From the NCBI GenBank assembly GCA_944380305.1, contig CALWHF010000003.1, positions 66,317 to 130,316 on the forward strand: 64,000 nt of DNA, given 5' to 3'. A program made the position numbers and the translations under genes. Below the pieces are notes generated by a model, which made no database searches, was not told where the DNA came from, and saw only the letters and a program-made list of their open reading frames with translations. This document shows, one piece after another, positions 56,403-64,000 of the stretch. The stretch comes from an uncultured Christensenellaceae bacterium. GTDB taxonomy: Bacteria; Bacillota; Clostridia; Christensenellales; UBA3700. Positions within the stretch are counted from its first letter, which is position 1; each line of letters starts with the position of its first letter.

Positions 56403-58067
56403 TTATTTGAGCACCGCGCCTTTATCCGCGCTGGAAACGAGCCTCGAATAACGGCTCAGCCAACCGGTCTTGAATTTGGGCTCGGGCATGACCTGAGTCT
56501 TTCTTCTCTTTTCGAATTCTTCGTCGCTCACGTCCGCGCTGATCTTATGCGCGGGAATGTCGATGGTTATCATATCGCCTTCTTTGAGAAGACCTATTTC
56601 TCCTCCGACGGCCGCCTCGGGACAGACGTGACCTATCGACGCACCTCTCGACGCACCGCTGAATCTGCCGTCGGTGATAAGAGCGACGCACTTGTCGAGT
56701 TTCATGCCGGCAAGCGCGGAAGTCGGATTGAGCATCTCTCTCATTCCGGGGCCGCCCTTGGGACCTTCGTATCTTATGACAACGACGTCGCCTTCATTGA
56801 TTTTCTTGCCGTATATAGCCTCGATTGCCTGTTCTTCGCCGTCGAACACTCTGGCAGGGCCGGTATGCACGAGCATTTCGGGAGCGACCGCGCTGCGCTT
56901 TACGACGCAACCGTCTTTTGCTATATTGCCCCACAGAATAGCGAGACCGCCCGTGGAAGAATACGGATTGTCGAGACTTCTGATGACATTGTAGTCGCGC
57001 ACTTTGACGCCCTTGATGTTCTCAGCAACGGTCTTACCCGTAACGGTCATGGCTTCGCCGTTTATTAATCCTCCCTTATTGAGCTCGCTGAGCACTGCCT
57101 GAACGCCGCCTGCCGCATAGAGATCCTGCATATGAGTAGGACCTGCGGGAGCGAGATGGCATAGATTGGGCACCTTATCGCTGTATTCGTTGAAGATATT
57201 GAGATCGAGTTCGACGCCCGCCTCGTTGGCTATCGCGAGCAGGTGCAGTACGCTGTTGGAAGAACAGCCGAGAGCCATGTCGCAGGTCAGCGCGTTCTGA
57301 ATAGAAGTCATATTGATTATGTCGCGCGCTTTTATGCCCTTTTCAATCATCTTCATGATAGCCATACCCGCATGCTTTGCAAGCACCGTACGCTCGCTCA
57401 TGACCGCGGGGATGGTTCCGTTGCCCGGCAACGCGATACCGATAGCCTCGCAAAGGCAGTTCATACTGTTCGCGGTATACATGCCGCTGCACGAACCGCA
57501 GGTAGGACATACCTTTCTCTCGTATTCGGTCAGACCTTCGTCATCGATAATGCCCGCCTTATACGCGCCTACCGCCTCGAACATCTTGGAGAGCGAAACC
57601 TCGCATTTGTCCACGACGCCCGCCATCATCGGACCGCCGCTGACGACGACCGCAGGGATATTCATTCTGACCGCCGCCATGACCATGCCGGGGACGATCT
57701 TGTCGCAGTTGGGCACGAGCACTACACCGTCGAGGCAATGCGCGTTGATCATCGTCTCAACGCTGTCTGCGATGAGTTCTCTCGAAGCGAGCGAATAGTG
57801 CATACCGACGTGTCCCATTGCTATGCCGTCGCATACACCTATCGAAGGGATCATGATCGGAGTACCGCCAGCCATTCTGACGCCCGCCATGACCGCGTCG
57901 GTCAGCTTGTCGAGGTGAATGTGTCCGGGCACAATATCGCTGTGTGCGGATACCACGCCGACGAGAGGCCTCTCGAGTTCTTCCTTGGTAAACCCGCATG
58001 CGTACAACAGCGATCTCTGAGGAGCGGTGTTCGCGCCGCTCGTAAGATATTTACTGCGAAGTTCCAT
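56403..58067 (-). CDS. ilvD: Dihydroxy-acid dehydratase
   Basis: The 554-aa protein has CDKIVPGM and TDGRFSG motifs. Confidence 0.92.
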   Translation of the reverse strand: MELRSKYLTSGANTAPQRSLLYACGFTKEELERPLVGVVSAHSDIVPGHIHLDKLTDAVMAGVRMAGGTPIMIPSIGVCDGIAMGHVGMHYSLASRELIADSVETMINAHCLDGVVLVPNCDKIVPGMVMAAVRMNIPAVVVSGGPMMAGVVDKCEVSLSKMFEAVGAYKAGIIDDEGLTEYERKVCPTCGSCSGMYTANSMNCLCEAIGIALPGNGTIPAVMSERTVLAKHAGMAIMKMIEKGIKARDIINMTSIQNALTCDMALGCSSNSVLHLLAIANEAGVELDLNIFNEYSDKVPNLCHLAPAGPTHMQDLYAAGGVQAVLSELNKGGLINGEAMTVTGKTVAENIKGVKVRDYNVIRSLDNPYSSTGGLAILWGNIAKDGCVVKRSAVAPEMLVHTGPARVFDGEEQAIEAIYGKKINEGDVVVIRYEGPKGGPGMREMLNPTSALAGMKLDKCVALITDGRFSGASRGASIGHVCPEAAVGGEIGLLKEGDMITIDIPAHKISADVSDEEFEKRRKTQVMPEPKFKTGWLSRYSRLVSSADKGAVLK

Positions 58068-58142
58068 ATTTTTCTCCTTTAAGACAAGTCGCTCTGCTCA
58101 CGCAAAGCGACTTGTCAGCGTTATGTCTTTGTTATTTACTTC

Positions 58143-60844
<2,702 letters not shown>

Positions 60845-61137
60845 AATCCCTCACAATTCACACTCCCGAGTCGTAATATTTATGCAACGCATAACGCCGT
60901 ACGCGCCCGGGAAGATTAGATTAACTAATATAATATTATAAAAACGGCTCAAAGTCAAGTGTATTCCGATTTTTTTTACTGTTGACGGAAAGCGTGCGAC
61001 ATATTTCGCGCGATAAACGCGCGCCCGATAATCAAAACTTGTATTTATGCAAAATTATCTGTGAATAATGAATAAAATTCAATAGCGTCCGCACTCTTTT
61101 TCACCCTCCGGACCGCCGTGAATATGCGCGGATATAT

Positions 61138-61158
61138 AAAAAAACGGGGTCTCCCCCG
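61138..61158 (-). terminator. Rho-independent terminator after icd
   Basis: The minus strand reads CGGGG-gaga-CCCCG followed by T7. Confidence 0.75.
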
Positions 61159-61193
61159 CTTTTTTGCAAAAGTCGTCGGTGTCGTCGCCGTAA

Positions 61194-62396
61194 TCACGCG
61201 AGATTTTCCGCTATTTTTCTGAGGAAGTCCTCTGTCTCCATAGTGACGGGCTCTTTGTCTCCTTTGAACAGAGCCGCGAGATCTCCCGTCATATAGCCTT
61301 CCTCGATGGTTTCGAGAGTGGCTTTTTCGAGCTTTACGGCAAATGCCTCCAGCTCCTTGTTTCCGTCCATTTGCGCGCGTTTTGCGAGCGCGCCGCTCCA
61401 CGCGAATATCGTCGCCACGGGGTTCGTGGACGTAGGCTTGCCGTCGCGGTATTTATAGTAATGACGCGTGACCGTGCCGTGCGCCGCCTCGTATTCGTAA
61501 TTGCCTTCGGGCGAAACGAGCACCGAAGTCATCATCGCGAGCGAGCCGAAAGCCGTCGCGACCATATCGCTCATGACGTCGCCGTCGTAGTTCTTGCACG
61601 CCCAGATCATGCCGCCCTCGGAGCGAATCACTCTCGCGACCGCGTCGTCGATAAGCGTATAAAAATACGATATGCCCGCGTCTTCGAATTTCTGTTTGTA
61701 TTCCTTGTCGTATATCTGCTGGAAGATGTCCTTGAATCTGTGGTCGTAGGTCTTGGAGATCGTGTCCTTCGTCGAGAACCAGATATCCTGCTTCGTGTCG
61801 AGAGCGTAGTTGAAACAGCTCTTTGCGAAACTGGTGATGCTGTTATCCGTATTGTGCATACCCAGCACGACGCCGCCAGTCCTCGAGAAATCGAAGATCT
61901 CGATTATGCGTTCGTTATCCGAGCCGTTGACGACGAGTTTCGCGCTCTCCCCCTTTTTGACGTAAGCCTCGACGTCCTTATATACGTCGCCGTAAGCGTG
62001 TCTTGCGATGGTTATCGGCTTTGTCCATGTGGGTATATACGGATTGATGCCCTTGACGAGTATCGGCGCGCGGAAGACGGTGCCGTCGAGGATCGCTCTT
62101 ATCGTACCGTTGGGGCTTTTCCACATCTGCGACAGATTGTATTCGGTCACTCTCTGCGCGTTGGGCGTGATCGTGGCGCACTTTACGCCTACGCCGTAGC
62201 GTTTGATCGCGTTCGCCGCGTCGTGCGTGACCTTGTCGCCCGTACGTTCGCGGTTTACGAGACCCAGATCGTAATATTCCGTGCGCAGGTTGACGTAAGG
62301 TTTCAGAAGAATATCTTTGATCCAACCCCAGATGATCCTTGTCATTTCGTCGCCGTCCATCTCGACGAGAGGCGTAGTCATTTTGATTTTATCCAT
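61194..62396 (-). CDS. icd: NADP-dependent isocitrate dehydrogenase (eukaryotic-like IDH1/2 type)
   Basis: The product begins MDKIKMTTPLVEMDGDEMTRIIWGWIKDILL...GVKCATITPN.... The start is ATG 62396, after GGAGA. Confidence 0.9.
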   Translation of the reverse strand: MDKIKMTTPLVEMDGDEMTRIIWGWIKDILLKPYVNLRTEYYDLGLVNRERTGDKVTHDAANAIKRYGVGVKCATITPNAQRVTEYNLSQMWKSPNGTIRAILDGTVFRAPILVKGINPYIPTWTKPITIARHAYGDVYKDVEAYVKKGESAKLVVNGSDNERIIEIFDFSRTGGVVLGMHNTDNSITSFAKSCFNYALDTKQDIWFSTKDTISKTYDHRFKDIFQQIYDKEYKQKFEDAGISYFYTLIDDAVARVIRSEGGMIWACKNYDGDVMSDMVATAFGSLAMMTSVLVSPEGNYEYEAAHGTVTRHYYKYRDGKPTSTNPVATIFAWSGALAKRAQMDGNKELEAFAVKLEKATLETIEEGYMTGDLAALFKGDKEPVTMETEDFLRKIAENLA

Positions 62397-62443
62397 TGAA
62401 TTTCTCCGAGCGGCAAAGCCGCAAAACTTTTCTTTTGAAATGA

Positions 62444-63598
62444 TTATAATATCTTGCCGTGCATTTTGCAAGCGTTTGCCGAACTTTTGCCGTAAATATC
62501 GAGCACGTTTGAGCCGAATTTTGCATTTTTGCGGCGTTTTGAGCGCGAAATCGCGTCGCTGACGACGCAATCGACGACGTCTGCAAAGCCCATTCCGTTT
62601 TTCTCGAACAGGTATGTCGCGAGACTCCCGGGGATCGTGTTCGCCTCGTTTATATACACGTCGCCCGTCTTGTTGTCGAGCAGAAAATCTATCCTGACCA
62701 CGCCTTTCATGCCCGTCCCTTCGTACGCCGCGATTGCCGCCGAGCGCACCTCTTCCCGCACCTTTTCTGATACGTCCGCGGGATAAATCCTCCCTCCTCC
62801 CGACATCTTGCCGCCTCCCGAGAGATACTTTTTCTCAAACGTCAAAAACTCTTCCCAGCCTACGGGTCTTTCCAGCTCGGACGCAAGCGTCCTGCCGTCC
62901 CTGACGAGCACCGCGCAGTTAAGCTCGGTGAAGTCGGTCAGCGCACGTTCGCACAGTACCCTGTCGTCGAAAAAGAACGCCGTCCCGAGGGCTTCCCGCA
63001 GCTGTTCTTTGTCTTTCGCCACGGTTATGCCTATCGACGAGCCTTGCGACACGGGTTTTACGATGACGGGAAATCCTATCTCCCTCTCCGCTCTTTCCGC
63101 CGCGTCCTTTTCCTCTTCGTTCACGAGAACGTACGGCGTGACTTTCAGCCCGAGAGCGTTGAACAGCGTTTTTGAAAGTGCCTTGTCCATGCCTATCGCG
63201 CTTGCTGAGACTCCCGCCGACGTATACGGTATGTCAGCGACGTCGAGTAATCCCTGAAGTCCGCCGTTTTCTCCGCTGCCGCCGTGCGTGCAAAGGAGAC
63301 AGCAATCGGGCACGAAAACCTTTTTCATGCCGAAGACTCCTTTGACGAATATCCCCTCTTTTTCTATATATACCCTCTTTTTTCTCTTCACTCCGCCTAT
63401 ATAAGTTTTGACATTATCCGCATCCCGCAGAGTATGAAACGCGCCGTCCCCGAGCAGTACGGGGAATATCTCGTATCTCCCGCTAAGATTTTTCATCGCC
63501 TGTATCGCGGTTATCACCGATATGTCTCTTTCGGTCGAATCCCCGCCGTAGATCACGGCGAGCCTTATTTTGCCATTCGCGTCTTTCTTTGCCGCCAT
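62444..63598 (-). CDS. ddl: D-alanine--D-alanine ligase
   Basis: The product begins MAAKKDANGKIRLAVIYGGDSTERDISV...HGGSGENGGLQGLL...EANTIPG.... The start is ATG 63598, after AGGAGGG. Confidence 0.88.
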   Translation of the reverse strand: MAAKKDANGKIRLAVIYGGDSTERDISVITAIQAMKNLSGRYEIFPVLLGDGAFHTLRDADNVKTYIGGVKRKKRVYIEKEGIFVKGVFGMKKVFVPDCCLLCTHGGSGENGGLQGLLDVADIPYTSAGVSASAIGMDKALSKTLFNALGLKVTPYVLVNEEEKDAAERAEREIGFPVIVKPVSQGSSIGITVAKDKEQLREALGTAFFFDDRVLCERALTDFTELNCAVLVRDGRTLASELERPVGWEEFLTFEKKYLSGGGKMSGGGRIYPADVSEKVREEVRSAAIAAYEGTGMKGVVRIDFLLDNKTGDVYINEANTIPGSLATYLFEKNGMGFADVVDCVVSDAISRSKRRKNAKFGSNVLDIYGKSSANACKMHGKIL

Positions 63599-63606
63599 AT
63601 TCCCTC

Positions 63607-64000
63607 CTAATAACAATCCGACAGATCGTTCTCGATAAGAAGCACGTCTCCGCGCCTCAGTATTTTCGCAAACAGTTCCTGCGCCTCGGACAGATTTTTT
63701 TCGACGAATATTTCGCTGTCTCTCATGCCGACAGACAACGCGCCCTCTCTCATATCGTCGGCGTATGGTCCGATAAGCACCGCGATCTCGGCAGACTTGG
63801 CAATTTCCGTCCCCAGCGCGAAGTTGGCGTCTCTTTCTCTGTCCCCCATTTCCGCGAGTCCCTGACAAGCGACGATCCTGCGTCCTTTGAAAGACGACAG
63901 CACGGCAAGAGCCGCTCTCGCGCCCTCTTCGTTAGAATTGTAACCGTCGTCAATGATCGTGATCCCCGATTGATTTTCAACGAGTTCGAGCCTGTGCGGA
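63607..64000 (-). CDS. murF: UDP-N-acetylmuramoyl-tripeptide--D-alanyl-D-alanine ligase (C-terminal part; 5' end outside the window)
   Basis: The frame is open to the window edge. It reads ...TIIDDGYNSNEEGARAALAVLSSFKGRRIVACQGLAEMGD..., which is the MurF C-terminal domain. Confidence 0.8.
   Translation of the reverse strand, partial: PHRLELVENQSGITIIDDGYNSNEEGARAALAVLSSFKGRRIVACQGLAEMGDRERDANFALGTEIAKSAEIAVLIGPYADDMREGALSVGMRDSEIFVEKNLSEAQELFAKILRRGDVLLIENDLSDCY

Overview
This looks like a chromosomal segment of a moderately GC-rich Gram-positive, Clostridia-like bacterium. The cues are GGAGG-type Shine-Dalgarno sites, sigma-A-like promoters, rho-independent terminators and Firmicutes-type leader RNAs; this taxonomic call is an inference. 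Most genes are on the minus strand and are housekeeping. They include type IIA topoisomerase subunits (ParE/ParC-like), murG, ileS (type 2), a CNNM/CorC transporter, a sulfonate/NMT1-type ABC importer, and an S41 peptidase. Further along are malic enzyme, a GPH symporter, yebC-proA-ruvC, a 1393-aa BspA-like LRR lipoprotein, and infC-rpmI-rplT with its L20 leader. The last stretch holds thiT behind a TPP riboswitch, pgi, an MMPL transporter, ilvB-ilvC-ilvD-ilvA-ridA, icd, ddl and murF. The stand-out region is about 11.6 kb (6890-18463) between murG and an rluA-family gene. It is a tightly packed, apparently intact phage head, packaging and short-tail cassette: TerL, portal, scaffold, HK97-like capsid, adaptor/hub-like proteins and two holin-like genes, plus a sigma/RinA-like regulator with a candidate LexA (Cheo) box upstream. 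It has no recognisable integrase, repressor, replication, full-length TerS, tail fibre/spike or endolysin genes. I flag it as a candidate domesticated, possibly SOS-controlled, GTA-like or PBSX-like particle system of podoviral architecture. Other notable items are an unclassified attenuator leader ahead of the TM1266-family/ABC operon, a degenerate orphan ABC ATPase, an IS30 remnant, and a MITE-like inverted-repeat module 3' of pgi. I did not recognise any rRNA gene, tRNA gene or CRISPR array by eye. All functional calls come from motif recognition by eye, not from database searches.
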